Shown here: piece by piece, positions 6,397 through 16,195 of the stretch | Layout: every line of letters starts with the position of its first letter | How positions within the stretch are numbered: position 1 is the stretch's first letter | DNA from: a virus | Lineage: Duplodnaviria; Caudoviricetes | Strand: one strand, 5' to 3' | Length of the DNA: 24,185 nt | IMG/VR virus record: IMGVR_UViG_3300044512_001236 | Location: 1 to 24,185 of that record | Program-made: the position numbers and the translations under genes | The notes under the pieces: generated by a model | What the model was told of the DNA's origin: nothing | Database searches by the model: none | Seen by the model: only the letters and a program-made list of their open reading frames with translations

Positions 6397-7310
6397 GTAT
6401 TTTAGTTACGGGTGGTGGAGGATTCATTGGAAGTAATCTTCTCCACTATCTTGAACAGTTTGGTGAGGAAGTTATATGTGTTGACAATCTTTCTTATGCC
6501 GCAGATGAAACTAATCTTCCAGATTATGTAAAGTTTTATCGAGTAGATATTGCTGACGAACAATCGGTACGACATGTATTTGATTCCGAGAGTATTACAA
6601 AAATCTTTCACCTTGCAGCAGAGAGTCATGTAGATAATTCAATCAAAGATTGTAAACCTTTCATTCAATCTAACATTATAGGTACTGTCAATCTTCTTCA
6701 GTGTGCATTAGAACATGAAGTAAGTAGATTTATGCACATCTCTACTGATGAGGTGTTTGGTTCTATCGCATATGGTTCCTTCAATGAGATATCTAGATAC
6801 CGACCAAGGAATCCATACTCTGCATCTAAAGCAGCAAGTGATCATTTTGTAAATGCATACAACATCACATACGGATTACCAACTATTATTACAAACTGTT
6901 CTAATAACTACGGACCAAGACAACATCCTGAGAAGATGGTACCCAAAACTATCTTAAGTCTCATGAATGGCAAACCAGTTGATGTGTATGGTAGTGGATT
7001 ACAAATTCGTGACTGGATCTATGTTGAGGATCATTGTAAGGCCCTTGTAGAACTGTCTAATAGGGGTAGAATAGGTCAGAGTTATAACATCGGTGGTGAG
7101 TGTGAACTAAAGAACATTGAACTTGTTCATCGTATTGCTGGACTGATGAATAAAGAATTGGAAATTAACTTTATCAAAGATAGACCAGGACATGATCAAA
7201 GATATTCAACATCTAATGATAAGATCACAACTGAAACACCTTGGACTACTAGTGTAGATATTAATGAAGGTCTCTTAAAAACTATCAAATATTATTATGA
7301 ACAGAATTGA
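6393..7310 (+). CDS. rfbB: dTDP-glucose 4,6-dehydratase
   Basis: GGGGFIG, HLAAESHVDNSI, HISTDEVFG, PYSASKA, NNYGPRQHPEK, DRPGHDQRY. Confidence 0.93.
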   Translation: MSILVTGGGGFIGSNLLHYLEQFGEEVICVDNLSYAADETNLPDYVKFYRVDIADEQSVRHVFDSESITKIFHLAAESHVDNSIKDCKPFIQSNIIGTVNLLQCALEHEVSRFMHISTDEVFGSIAYGSFNEISRYRPRNPYSASKAASDHFVNAYNITYGLPTIITNCSNNYGPRQHPEKMVPKTILSLMNGKPVDVYGSGLQIRDWIYVEDHCKALVELSNRGRIGQSYNIGGECELKNIELVHRIAGLMNKELEINFIKDRPGHDQRYSTSNDKITTETPWTTSVDINEGLLKTIKYYYEQN

Positions 7311-7377
7311 TACCCCTATCCTCTCGGACAAAGATACAATTGGAAAGACTATGAGTGAGTGTGAAAAGTATGACTGA
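7297..7377 (+). pseudogene. rfbC: Internally deleted remnant of dTDP-4-dehydrorhamnose 3,5-epimerase (26 aa)
   Basis: MNRIDTP|ILSDKDTIGKTMSECEKYD*: an RfbC-type N-terminus fused to the RfbC C-terminal PILSxKD motif. It overlaps the rfbB end and the next start codon. Confidence 0.65.
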
Positions 7378-8191
7378 CCTTTCTTTATTCGGAGGTACTG
7401 GATATATTGGTTCAACATATGAACGAATGTATCCCGGTAATGTAATCATTCCTCGTGGTCAACGACATTTTGACACTAAGAATGTTCTGTATTTTATTAG
7501 TACAACAACTAATCAGAATATCTTTAAAGATCTACAGGTTGATATCGATGTCAATCTAAAAATCTTTACTGAATTCTTATCACATTGTAAGAGAACTGAT
7601 ACTGTAATCAACTTTGTAAGTTCGGGGTTTGTTTATGGTAATGATATTCTAGATGCAAAAGAGACTGACTGTTGTAATCCAACTGGGTTCTATTCTATTA
7701 CTAAAAGATGTGCAGAACAACTTTTGATCTCTTATTGTGAGACCTTTGGTATCAAGTATCGTATCTTTAGACTTGGCAATGTCTTTGGTATTGACCCAAC
7801 AGTATCACAAGGTAAGAATGTTCTAGGTTATATGATCCGTCGTTTGAAGAATGATGATTACATCGTATTGTATGATGGAGGTGATTATGTCAAAGATTAT
7901 ATGTGGGTAGAGGATGTCTGTAGGTCAATGAAACTTCTGATAGATGAGTCTGATACCAATCAAATCTATAACATTGGTACTGGTGTATCTCGTTCGTTCA
8001 GAGAAGTTATCGAGTATGCAAAAGACTATATTGGGAGTAACAGTGAGTTGATTAGTACAGAGATACCTGAGGATCAGAAGTATCTACAGATTAAAAACTT
8101 CACAATGAATGTGGATAAACTTTTATCCTATGGTCATGTTCCAAACCTCACAATTGATACTGGAGTCGAAATGATGTGTAAAGCGTATTGA
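7370..8191 (+). CDS. NAD-dependent epimerase/dehydratase (extended SDR)
   Basis: GGTGYIG, SSGFVYG, YSITK (YxxxK), FRLGNVFG, YNIGTG. Likely start is ATG 7370. Confidence 0.85.
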   Translation: MTDLSLFGGTGYIGSTYERMYPGNVIIPRGQRHFDTKNVLYFISTTTNQNIFKDLQVDIDVNLKIFTEFLSHCKRTDTVINFVSSGFVYGNDILDAKETDCCNPTGFYSITKRCAEQLLISYCETFGIKYRIFRLGNVFGIDPTVSQGKNVLGYMIRRLKNDDYIVLYDGGDYVKDYMWVEDVCRSMKLLIDESDTNQIYNIGTGVSRSFREVIEYAKDYIGSNSELISTEIPEDQKYLQIKNFTMNVDKLLSYGHVPNLTIDTGVEMMCKAY

Positions 8192-8221
8192 CTGTAAAAC
8201 TTAATTTTGGTAAAATAAATA
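8188..8221 (+). promoter_or_regulatory. Overlapping sigma70-like promoter and late box
   Basis: TTGACT 8188-8193, 17 nt spacer, extended TG, TAAAAT 8211-8216. AATAAATA at 8214-8221. Confidence 0.7.
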
Positions 8222-8241
8222 GTAAGTAACAAATTAAATGT

Positions 8242-9306
8242 ATGTCTGAATTTAAGAAAACCGCATTGGTACTAGGTGCGGGTGGGTTTATTGGTAGTCA
8301 CATGGTAAAAAGACTACGATCAGAAGGTTACTGGGTTCGTGGTGTTGACCTAAAGAGACCTGAGTATTCTGACACTGAAGCAAACGAATTCATTCAAGGT
8401 GACTTGAGAGATAGGAGTTTTGTTCGTCGTTGTATTCGTACCACTGGTATCAATGGTGGGTTCTATGCACAGATTGTTGACAAGTTTCTGTCACCCTTCG
8501 ATGAGATTTATCAGTTTGCTGCTGACATGGGTGGTGCAGGATTTGTATTTACTGGTGAGAACGATGCAGACATCATGCATAACTCTGTGTCTATCAATCT
8601 GAATGTCCTTGAAGAGCAACATCTTCTTAACTTGGACAAAGATGTAAACAAGACAAAGATCTTCTACTCTGGGTCTGCATGTATGTACCCAGAACATAAT
8701 CAACTTGATCCTGATAACCCTGACTGTCGTGAAGAATCCGCATACCCAGCAGCCCCAGACTCCGAGTACGGATGGGAGAAACTCTTTTCTGAGCGCTTAT
8801 ACTTTGCTTATAATCGCAATCATGGTATTCCCGTTAGGGTTGCACGTTATCACAACATTTTCGGACCAGAAGGAACCTGGGACGGTGGAAGAGAGAAGGC
8901 ACCAGCTGCAATCAGCCGTAAAGTTGCTTACCTCCCGAACGTCGGTGGAGGTATCGAGGTGTGGGGAGATGGCTTACAAACTCGTTCCTTCTTGTACATT
9001 GACGAATGCATTGAAGCAACTCGACGATTGATGGACAGTGACTTCATCGGACCAGTTAACATTGGTTCTGAAGAGATGGTCACTATCAATCAACTTGTAG
9101 AGACTGCTGCTAAGGTTTCTGGTAAGGTAGTACGTAAACTATACAAACTTGATGCACCTACAGGTGTTCGTGGTCGTAACTCTAACAATGATCTCATTCG
9201 TGAGAAACTTGGATGGGATTACTCTCAAAGTCTTGAAGAGGGTATTCGTAAAACATACGAATGGATCTGTACACAAATTGAGGAAAAGACTGATGAAAGT
9301 ATTTGA
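8242..9306 (+). CDS. GDP-mannose 3,5-epimerase-like SDR
   Basis: GAGGFIG, FAADMGGAGF, SACMYP, YGWEK, RYHNIFGPEGTWDGGREKAPAA and GVRGRNS are characteristic of the GME-like subfamily. Confidence 0.88.
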   Translation: MSEFKKTALVLGAGGFIGSHMVKRLRSEGYWVRGVDLKRPEYSDTEANEFIQGDLRDRSFVRRCIRTTGINGGFYAQIVDKFLSPFDEIYQFAADMGGAGFVFTGENDADIMHNSVSINLNVLEEQHLLNLDKDVNKTKIFYSGSACMYPEHNQLDPDNPDCREESAYPAAPDSEYGWEKLFSERLYFAYNRNHGIPVRVARYHNIFGPEGTWDGGREKAPAAISRKVAYLPNVGGGIEVWGDGLQTRSFLYIDECIEATRRLMDSDFIGPVNIGSEEMVTINQLVETAAKVSGKVVRKLYKLDAPTGVRGRNSNNDLIREKLGWDYSQSLEEGIRKTYEWICTQIEEKTDESI

Positions 9307-10177
9307 TGTATTTCTTTTTGGTTATGAACTAGATCTACTTGAGATTCGTATGAATCTCCTTGAACCTTATGTTGATTACTTTGTATTCAGTGAAGGTGGT
9401 AAGACATTCTCTGGTGAAGATAAAGGGTTCATCTTTGATATAACTGATGAACGGTTCAAAAAATTTGAAGATAAGATCATCTATACTAAGATTGAAGAAC
9501 CAACATCCGAACAACTTCAGGCACAAGGTGTAAAGTATAATGTAAAGAAAGAATCCTTTATGAGAGATACTTTCTATAAGGATAGTATCATCGATGTTCT
9601 CAAAGAACATTGTTCTGATGAGGATGTAATCATCTGGTCTGATCTGGATGAAGTACCTAACCCTGAAGTCATTGAACAGATTAAAGACTTCTATGAACCC
9701 GGTACGGTATATAACTTTGCACAAGATAACTACCAAGCTGCATTGAATTGGTTTGAAACTACAGGTACTATTACCTCTCAAACACAAGACTTCTCTTATG
9801 AAGAAGAAGGTCCACGTTGGATCGGTACTAAGTTGTGTGACTTTGCCACACTAAGTAAGTATTCTTTAACTAACATGAGACGTGAACTTCCTCAAGAGAA
9901 TAATCTAAGAATCTATCCTGGTGGTTGGCATTGGAGTACAGTTGGTAGTGATGAAGAGTGTACTATGTACGAGAGAGTGATGAAGAAGATCAAGTCTTCT
10001 GCCCACACTGAACTCAATAATGAAAAACTTATTGGGGAACTTGAACAGAGACTGAAGGATGGTAGATCACCACTAGGTCAAGACAATGCATCATACTGTA
10101 TTACTCACTTCGATGAAGATAGATTCCCACAGTATCTAATTGACAACCAAGAGAAGTATTCTTATTTGATCAAATGA
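9293..10177 (+). CDS. Glycosyltransferase family 17-like (beta-1,4-GlcNAc transferase)
   Basis: FDVFLF..ELDLLEIR..L.PYVDYFV..E...TFSG, SDLDEVP, GGWHWS. Likely start is ATG 9293. Confidence 0.82.
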   Translation: MKVFDVFLFGYELDLLEIRMNLLEPYVDYFVFSEGGKTFSGEDKGFIFDITDERFKKFEDKIIYTKIEEPTSEQLQAQGVKYNVKKESFMRDTFYKDSIIDVLKEHCSDEDVIIWSDLDEVPNPEVIEQIKDFYEPGTVYNFAQDNYQAALNWFETTGTITSQTQDFSYEEEGPRWIGTKLCDFATLSKYSLTNMRRELPQENNLRIYPGGWHWSTVGSDEECTMYERVMKKIKSSAHTELNNEKLIGELEQRLKDGRSPLGQDNASYCITHFDEDRFPQYLIDNQEKYSYLIK

Positions 10178-11133
10178 TTGTAACTGAAATTTATAGGGGT
10201 TCTGGACTGGGAAACCAGATCTGGAACCTGGTGGTATCTAGAATCCTTGCACATAGACATGGATATAAGTGGGGTGTAAAGAAAAGTACTCCATTCAAGG
10301 CAAGAAAGTTCATGCCAGACTTTGATTATGGTGAAGAAGTAGTTGGTGGTCATACTCCTAGAGAGGGACAACCACCAGAATCATTACCTAATGGTATCAC
10401 TCATTACATTTGTGAGAGGAATGATCCTCTTCCACAGTGTGGTCATAGTGGTATCTTTTTTGATCCTGGTCTATGGAATAATCTTCCTGATAACTCAAAG
10501 ATTGATGGACTCTTTCAGTGTTTAGAGTATATCAATGACCGTAAAGATGATATTCGTCAGTGGTTATCTCATAATGTAAATGTTACTGAGTATTCTGATG
10601 AAGATATTTGTGTCATTCACTTCCGTGGTGGTGAGTATTTGATTACTGCGTCATGGTTAGAACCAAAGTTCTATGAGAATGCACGTGATAGGATGTTGGA
10701 ACACAATCCAAACATGAAGTTTGTAGTTGTGACTGATGATCCAGAGAATGCAAACAAGTTTATTCCATGGGCCAAGGTTGTAGGTGCAACTACACTCAAG
10801 GAACAAGAAGACATCGAACAAGGAACAGGGTTCTTCAAATATAAAGGAGGTAATATTGGTGTTGATTATTCTATTCTACATAATGCTAGGAACGTCATCA
10901 TGTCAGCATCAACATTCTCCTTCTGGCCAGTATGGACATCTAATGTTACACCAAAGGTCATTGCACCCAAGTACTGGTTTGACCATAAAACTTCCAACGG
11001 TTGGTGGAGAGGTGACGATATGATCGTCAAAGATTGGGATTATATCGATAGAGAAGGCAAACTCTTCAGTGGTCCTGATTGTCAAAGAGAGTATGATCTT
11101 TACAGGATCAAGACTCCATATTATAATCTTTAA
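10174..11133 (+). CDS. Glycosyltransferase family 11-like (alpha-1,2-fucosyltransferase)
   Basis: GLGNQ, GLFQ, HFRGGEY, VVTDD, STFSFW, VIAPKYW. Confidence 0.82.
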   Translation: MIVTEIYRGSGLGNQIWNLVVSRILAHRHGYKWGVKKSTPFKARKFMPDFDYGEEVVGGHTPREGQPPESLPNGITHYICERNDPLPQCGHSGIFFDPGLWNNLPDNSKIDGLFQCLEYINDRKDDIRQWLSHNVNVTEYSDEDICVIHFRGGEYLITASWLEPKFYENARDRMLEHNPNMKFVVVTDDPENANKFIPWAKVVGATTLKEQEDIEQGTGFFKYKGGNIGVDYSILHNARNVIMSASTFSFWPVWTSNVTPKVIAPKYWFDHKTSNGWWRGDDMIVKDWDYIDREGKLFSGPDCQREYDLYRIKTPYYNL

Positions 11134-11147
11134 AGATAGAGAGTAAC

Positions 11148-12443
11148 ATGTATCAATTGATTGAAAACTTCATTCAATCCGCAAAGGAGATGGATGATAA
11201 TGTGTTTCCATTCATGGCTAACAAGGATTGGAAGCCAGGTAACAATGTCTATTACTCTGGTCCATACTGGAATGATATGGAGGCACAGGAACTTATCTAC
11301 GCAGTAATGAAAGGTAAGTGGTTGTCTTCTGGTGAGAAGGTGAATAAGTTTGAGAAAGAGTTCTCTAATAGATTTGAGTTTGATCATTCGGTTATGGTGA
11401 ACTCTGGTTCATCAGCCAACCTGGTGATGATTGCTGCACTGAAGAAATACTTCGGGTGGGAAGATGGTGATGAGATCATCGTCTGTTCCTGTGGATTTGC
11501 AACTACCATTGCTCCTGTAGTTCAGGCTGGTCTGAAACCAGTCTTTGTTGATATCAACTGGGATGATCTGAACTGGAACATGGATCAGGTAGAAGAAAAG
11601 ATTACTGAAAGAACTCGTGCAGTATTCTCTTCACCTGTTCTAGGTAATGCGTATGACATGGATAGGTTGGTAGAACTTTGTAAGAGTAAAGATATTCATA
11701 TCATTGCAGACAACTGTGATAGTCTTGGGAGTAGATATAAGGGTGACTATCTTACTAAACATGCAGTTGCTGCATCATGTTCTTTCTATCCTGCACACCA
11801 TATCTGTACTATTGAAGGTGGTATGGTGTCATCTAATGTCAAGGCTATCGTAGACTTGGCTCGTAGTTTTGCTTGGTGGGGTCGTGGATGTTATTGTGTA
11901 GGACAACAGAACCTACTCTCTAACGGTGTCTGTGGCCGTCGTTTTGATGCTTGGTTAGATGGTTACGAAGACATTGTTGACCACAAGTATGTGTTCTCAC
12001 AGATGGGCTACAACTTGAAACCACTTGACATGCAGGGTGCAGTTGGTTCAGTTCAACTTCTAAAGTTTGATGAAATTCATAGATTGAGAAGGAAGAACAA
12101 AGAACGTATTCAAAATATCATCGAGACCATCGATGGTTGTCGTGTTGTCAATGAACGTGATGACAGTGAGACAAGTTGGTTTGGTGTTCCTATTGTATGT
12201 AATGATAAGAAACTAAAACACTCTCTTGTTGCTCATTTTGAGAAGAACAAAGTTCAGACACGTAATTACTTTGCAGGTAACATTCTTCTTCATCCTGGTT
12301 ACTCACATCTTGATGATGCAATGAAGTATCCTGAAGCCAATAAGGTATTGAACACAGTATTCTTCTTGGGTTGTTCACCAGTTATTACTGATGATATGAT
12401 AGACTATATTGAACAGGTAGTAGAGGACTTTAAAAATGCTTGA
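11148..12443 (+). CDS. rfbH: RfbH/DdhC-like NDP-4-keto-6-deoxyhexose 3-dehydratase (DegT/DnrJ family)
   Basis: VNSGSSANL, DNCDSLGS, SFYPAHHI (His in place of the PLP Lys), WGRGCYC Fe-S motif, YDHKY-like VDHKY, GYNLK. Confidence 0.85.
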   Translation: MYQLIENFIQSAKEMDDNVFPFMANKDWKPGNNVYYSGPYWNDMEAQELIYAVMKGKWLSSGEKVNKFEKEFSNRFEFDHSVMVNSGSSANLVMIAALKKYFGWEDGDEIIVCSCGFATTIAPVVQAGLKPVFVDINWDDLNWNMDQVEEKITERTRAVFSSPVLGNAYDMDRLVELCKSKDIHIIADNCDSLGSRYKGDYLTKHAVAASCSFYPAHHICTIEGGMVSSNVKAIVDLARSFAWWGRGCYCVGQQNLLSNGVCGRRFDAWLDGYEDIVDHKYVFSQMGYNLKPLDMQGAVGSVQLLKFDEIHRLRRKNKERIQNIIETIDGCRVVNERDDSETSWFGVPIVCNDKKLKHSLVAHFEKNKVQTRNYFAGNILLHPGYSHLDDAMKYPEANKVLNTVFFLGCSPVITDDMIDYIEQVVEDFKNA

Positions 12444-13158
12444 TCTATCCAGAGTTACATGCTTTGCGATTGACAATACAAATCGAATAGAAGAAACCAT
12501 CAATGCACTTCACACTTGTAAGAACGTAGCAAACTTTGGGGAGGTTAAGTTAGTTACCACCCCCAACTATGTCAACAAATACAAGGACGAATGTGTGTCT
12601 GATGGTATTTTAGTACAAGAACAAGTCAAACCTCTTACCAATATCGATGAATACAATTACTACATTCTTTACCACCTTCACAAACACATTAATACAGAGT
12701 TTTGCCTCCTCGTCCAGGATCATGCTTTTATTATTAATCCTGATGCTTGGAGGGAAGAGTTTTTCTCGTATGACTACATCGGAGCACCATGGCCAATCAG
12801 AGAAAGAGCATACATCACTCCCTATGGAGAACATCAAAGAGTAGGTAATGGTGGGTTCTCATTGAGATCAAAGAAACTTTTAAAAGTTCCACAAACACAA
12901 TGGATACCATTCAGAGTCGCAGACGTTGCACAGGACTTCTATAAGATGTTTGGTGGTAACAACACGAATGAGGACGGTAATATATGTGTCCACAACAAAC
13001 ACCTTTTTGAGATGAATGGATGTAAAATAGCTCCAGTAGAGGTAGCAAAATACTTTTCATATGAGTCCCCTGTCCCTGAGAACCAAGGTATAATTCCCTT
13101 TGGGTTCCACAATAATCTTCCACCTGGTGTCACCGTGGAGGGTTATAACCCCCGATAA
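12436..13158 (+). CDS. DUF5672-like glycosyltransferase-related protein
   Basis: LLVQDH, YDYIGAPW, VGNGGFSLRS, NED, FSYE, PFGFH. Confidence 0.75.
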   Translation: MLDLSRVTCFAIDNTNRIEETINALHTCKNVANFGEVKLVTTPNYVNKYKDECVSDGILVQEQVKPLTNIDEYNYYILYHLHKHINTEFCLLVQDHAFIINPDAWREEFFSYDYIGAPWPIRERAYITPYGEHQRVGNGGFSLRSKKLLKVPQTQWIPFRVADVAQDFYKMFGGNNTNEDGNICVHNKHLFEMNGCKIAPVEVAKYFSYESPVPENQGIIPFGFHNNLPPGVTVEGYNPR

Positions 13159-13161
13159 ATA
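13154..13161 (+). promoter_or_regulatory. T4-type late promoter box (GATAAATA)
   Basis: NATAAATA box 20 nt before ATG 13181, in one of the few intergenic gaps of the island. Confidence 0.4.
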
Positions 13162-13180
13162 CTACAGATTTGTTATTACT

Positions 13181-13864
13181 ATGTCATTTGTTTATAATGC
13201 TCCTTCCTTTGTGGAGGTAGACAATGTGTTCCCTGAAGGTCCAAAAAGAACTAACAATAACACAGCAGCATACACTCTCAATCACATTACCTTTGCAGAA
13301 AATGTGGATGAGTTTGGAGGAGAAGGAGATATTCTAGAGTTCGGTGTCTGTAGTGGTGGTACACTCCTCCCTATTGGACAGAAGAACCCATCACGTAAAG
13401 TCTTTGGTTTCGATCACTTCAAAGGTCTGGAAGTCACACAACAACCAACACCATCATATGCTGGTTGGGCAGAAGGTGCATTCCGTATTGGTGACCCACA
13501 GTATACTTGGATCCCCAAAACTGTAGAAGATGTTAAGAGAAAGTGTTCTGTCTCACCTAATATCAAAATCTTTGTTGAAGATGTTCATGATATGGTAGAG
13601 AAAGAACCATCTGATTTTGGTATTGGTAAGGTCGGTGCAATTCATATTGACCTAGACATCTACGAACCTACAGTATCAGCATTCAAGTTCATTGATAAGT
13701 GTGAGTGGGATAAACTTTATTTCCGTTTTGATGATTGGCATGGTCACGAACCTGACTATGATCATCATGAACGTAAAGCATTCAGAGAGTGGATTACCAA
13801 ACACGGATACAACTTCGAAATCATTGAAGATGGTATCAGTGCTGGTGTGAAGGTATGGAAATAA
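13181..13864 (+). CDS. Class I SAM-dependent O-methyltransferase (TylF/MycF-like)
   Basis: ILEFGV..GG, FGFDHF.GL, IHIDLDIYEPT, FDDW. Likely start is ATG 13181. Confidence 0.75.
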   Translation: MSFVYNAPSFVEVDNVFPEGPKRTNNNTAAYTLNHITFAENVDEFGGEGDILEFGVCSGGTLLPIGQKNPSRKVFGFDHFKGLEVTQQPTPSYAGWAEGAFRIGDPQYTWIPKTVEDVKRKCSVSPNIKIFVEDVHDMVEKEPSDFGIGKVGAIHIDLDIYEPTVSAFKFIDKCEWDKLYFRFDDWHGHEPDYDHHERKAFREWITKHGYNFEIIEDGISAGVKVWK

Positions 13865-14568
13865 AGGTATCAGTAGTTATCCCTTGCTATGAGTATGGTG
13901 GTAAGGGTGTCAGATACCTTTCTGATATACTTAGAACTATCTCACAACAAACAATCAAGGAAGTAGAAGTTATCATTCCAGACCACAGTGTCAACACTGA
14001 CATTGAAGAGTTCTGTCATGATAATATATTTGATCTTAACATCCTTCACTATAGAAATGAAGTAGATAGAGGTAATGCAGCATCCAATAAGAATGTTGGA
14101 ATGGACTTTGCCAGAGGTAAGGTTGTTAAGATGATGTATATGGACGACTACTTCTTTACTAATGATGCGTTAGAGAAAACTTATAATACATTAATGAACT
14201 CGGACAAGATGTGGTTGGTATGTGGTACTAATCATACTAGAGATGATGGTAAAACATTTGATACCTATATCATACCCCGGTGGAATGACAATATGTTACG
14301 GTCCAGAGGTAATAATACCATGAGTGGTGTCTCTGTGTTATCGTATAAGAATAATAACATGCACATCCGATGGGATCCTAACACCTGTATGTTGATGGAT
14401 GTAGACTTCTACTATTCATTGAGGTCTAAGTATGGTGATTGTATTTACTTGAACGATTGTATGATTACTCAACGTGTAAATAACGACGCTTTGTCATCCA
14501 CGACTAGTGACGAGGATGTACAAAAAGAATTTGTGTATTGTAGAGAGAAACACGGTATTATATTATGA
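13855..14568 (+). CDS. Glycosyltransferase family 2
   Basis: VSVVIPCY, QT..EVEVII.DHS, G.A..N.N.G...A.G, MDDY. Confidence 0.88.
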   Translation: MEIKVSVVIPCYEYGGKGVRYLSDILRTISQQTIKEVEVIIPDHSVNTDIEEFCHDNIFDLNILHYRNEVDRGNAASNKNVGMDFARGKVVKMMYMDDYFFTNDALEKTYNTLMNSDKMWLVCGTNHTRDDGKTFDTYIIPRWNDNMLRSRGNNTMSGVSVLSYKNNNMHIRWDPNTCMLMDVDFYYSLRSKYGDCIYLNDCMITQRVNNDALSSTTSDEDVQKEFVYCREKHGIIL

Positions 14569-15392
14569 AACATTACCTATCAATCGCATCTGTTTTCAAA
14601 AATGAAAGCTGGAATCTTAAGGAGTGGGTTTTACATTATAGGTATCACGGGGTTGATCACATCTATCTGGTTAACGACTTCAGTGATGATGAGTATATGC
14701 CTATACTTGAACCGTTTATTCGTGAAGGATTTGTTACTCTCTTCCAAAATAATATCACAGAAAAGTATACCGGTAGACAGACTGATGTAAACAATCGGTT
14801 CTTCTTACCTATCTGTAATAAAACTCAATGGATTGCACAAATCGATCTAGACGAATTTCTATATAGTCCTAAGACAGTAGACTTAAAAGAAGTCTTAAGG
14901 AACTACGAAGAGTACGGTACCGTTGAAACCAACTGGGTATGGTTTAATAGTAACGATCATATTTATCACCCTGATGGTGGTCTGGTTAAGAATTTTACTA
15001 GTCGTGCTGAATTTGGAGACAGGGTATGGATGACCCATCGATCCAGATGTGCTGGTGCAGGACAAGAAGAACCTGAATGGTTTAATCTCTGGGCACCTAA
15101 ACAGATTGCAAACACTAGATTTGGTGTACAATCTTTTAATATTCATAAGATATTCACTAGTGGACCTAACATCAACCTATCATTTGTTGGTAGACCAGAT
15201 GACCCTGAGATACTAAACAATCATTACCAGATTCAATCAAGAGAGTTCTGGGAAAAGATTAAGATGACAAGAGGTGCATTGAATAACTGGTACGCAGCCA
15301 ATGCAAGAGGTTGGCATACCTTCTATTCATTAGATGTAGGAGATACTATAGACACAACACTGGCAGAACAAAACAAGGAGATTGAATTATGA
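14565..15392 (+). CDS. Glycosyltransferase (GT92 / GT2-like)
   Basis: FKNESWNLKEWVLHY...GVDHIYL.ND.SDD, W...IDLDEF, NHY. Confidence 0.8.
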   Translation: MKHYLSIASVFKNESWNLKEWVLHYRYHGVDHIYLVNDFSDDEYMPILEPFIREGFVTLFQNNITEKYTGRQTDVNNRFFLPICNKTQWIAQIDLDEFLYSPKTVDLKEVLRNYEEYGTVETNWVWFNSNDHIYHPDGGLVKNFTSRAEFGDRVWMTHRSRCAGAGQEEPEWFNLWAPKQIANTRFGVQSFNIHKIFTSGPNINLSFVGRPDDPEILNNHYQIQSREFWEKIKMTRGALNNWYAANARGWHTFYSLDVGDTIDTTLAEQNKEIEL

Positions 15393-16195
15393 CTATTGGA
15401 ATGAACAACCTTGGTAATAATGGAAGAATTGGTAATCAACTATTCCAATATGCTGGACTTGTAGGTATTGCAAAGAATAAAGGTTATGACTTTAGAATCC
15501 CAGAAGACCAGGAACTCAGTAAATGTTTTGAAATGCTTCATTGTGGTAACCGTTATGGTCTTATTGACGGACCTGAGTGTGTTCTTCATGAGTCTCATAC
15601 ATTTGCAGAAGACCTTTTCAATGAGTGTCCTAATCACATTCATCTGAGTGGATACTTTCAGACAGAAAAGTATTTCAAGGATGCACAAAGATTATTGAAG
15701 TGGGACTTTAGATTCAAAGATGATATTATCAATGAAGTGGATTATGTCTATGGTGATATTCTAAGTACAAACCCTGTCTCTATCTGTGTGAGAGAGTATA
15801 ACGATCACTTTGATTATCCTGGTAGTCATAACAATCATCGTAATCTACCATGGGAATATTTTGAACGTGGTATTGAGATGTTAGGTAAGGACAGAACTTA
15901 TATTATCTGTTCAAACAATCTTGACTTATGTAAGGAACAAGAAGTGTTCAAAGGTGATAACTTCTACTTCAATGACGTTACAACTAAGGTAGAAAAGTCT
16001 CACTTTGATCTATGTTTGATTTCAAAGTGTTCAGACTTTATCACATCCAATAGTACGTTCAGTTGGTGGGGTGCATACCTGTCACAGAATTCAACCAAGA
16101 GAGTGATTGCACCAACTCCATGGTACGGTCCTGGTTTACAACATATTAGTACAGAAGACTTATACCCTGATTCATGGGAGGTAATTGAGGCATGA
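15389..16195 (+). CDS. Glycosyltransferase family 11-like
   Basis: GRIGNQLFQYA, GYFQTEKYF, NSTFSWWGAYL, VIAPTPWYG. The donor-binding motif is divergent (ICVREYND). Confidence 0.85.
   Translation: MTIGMNNLGNNGRIGNQLFQYAGLVGIAKNKGYDFRIPEDQELSKCFEMLHCGNRYGLIDGPECVLHESHTFAEDLFNECPNHIHLSGYFQTEKYFKDAQRLLKWDFRFKDDIINEVDYVYGDILSTNPVSICVREYNDHFDYPGSHNNHRNLPWEYFERGIEMLGKDRTYIICSNNLDLCKEQEVFKGDNFYFNDVTTKVEKSHFDLCLISKCSDFITSNSTFSWWGAYLSQNSTKRVIAPTPWYGPGLQHISTEDLYPDSWEVIEA

Noticed and set aside
9149-9292. Long upstream starts given in the ORF track (9149, also 7355, 13100, 17843, 20278, 21184)
   Set aside because: They overlap upstream genes or leaders. Downstream ATGs give typical short overlaps and family-like N-termini.
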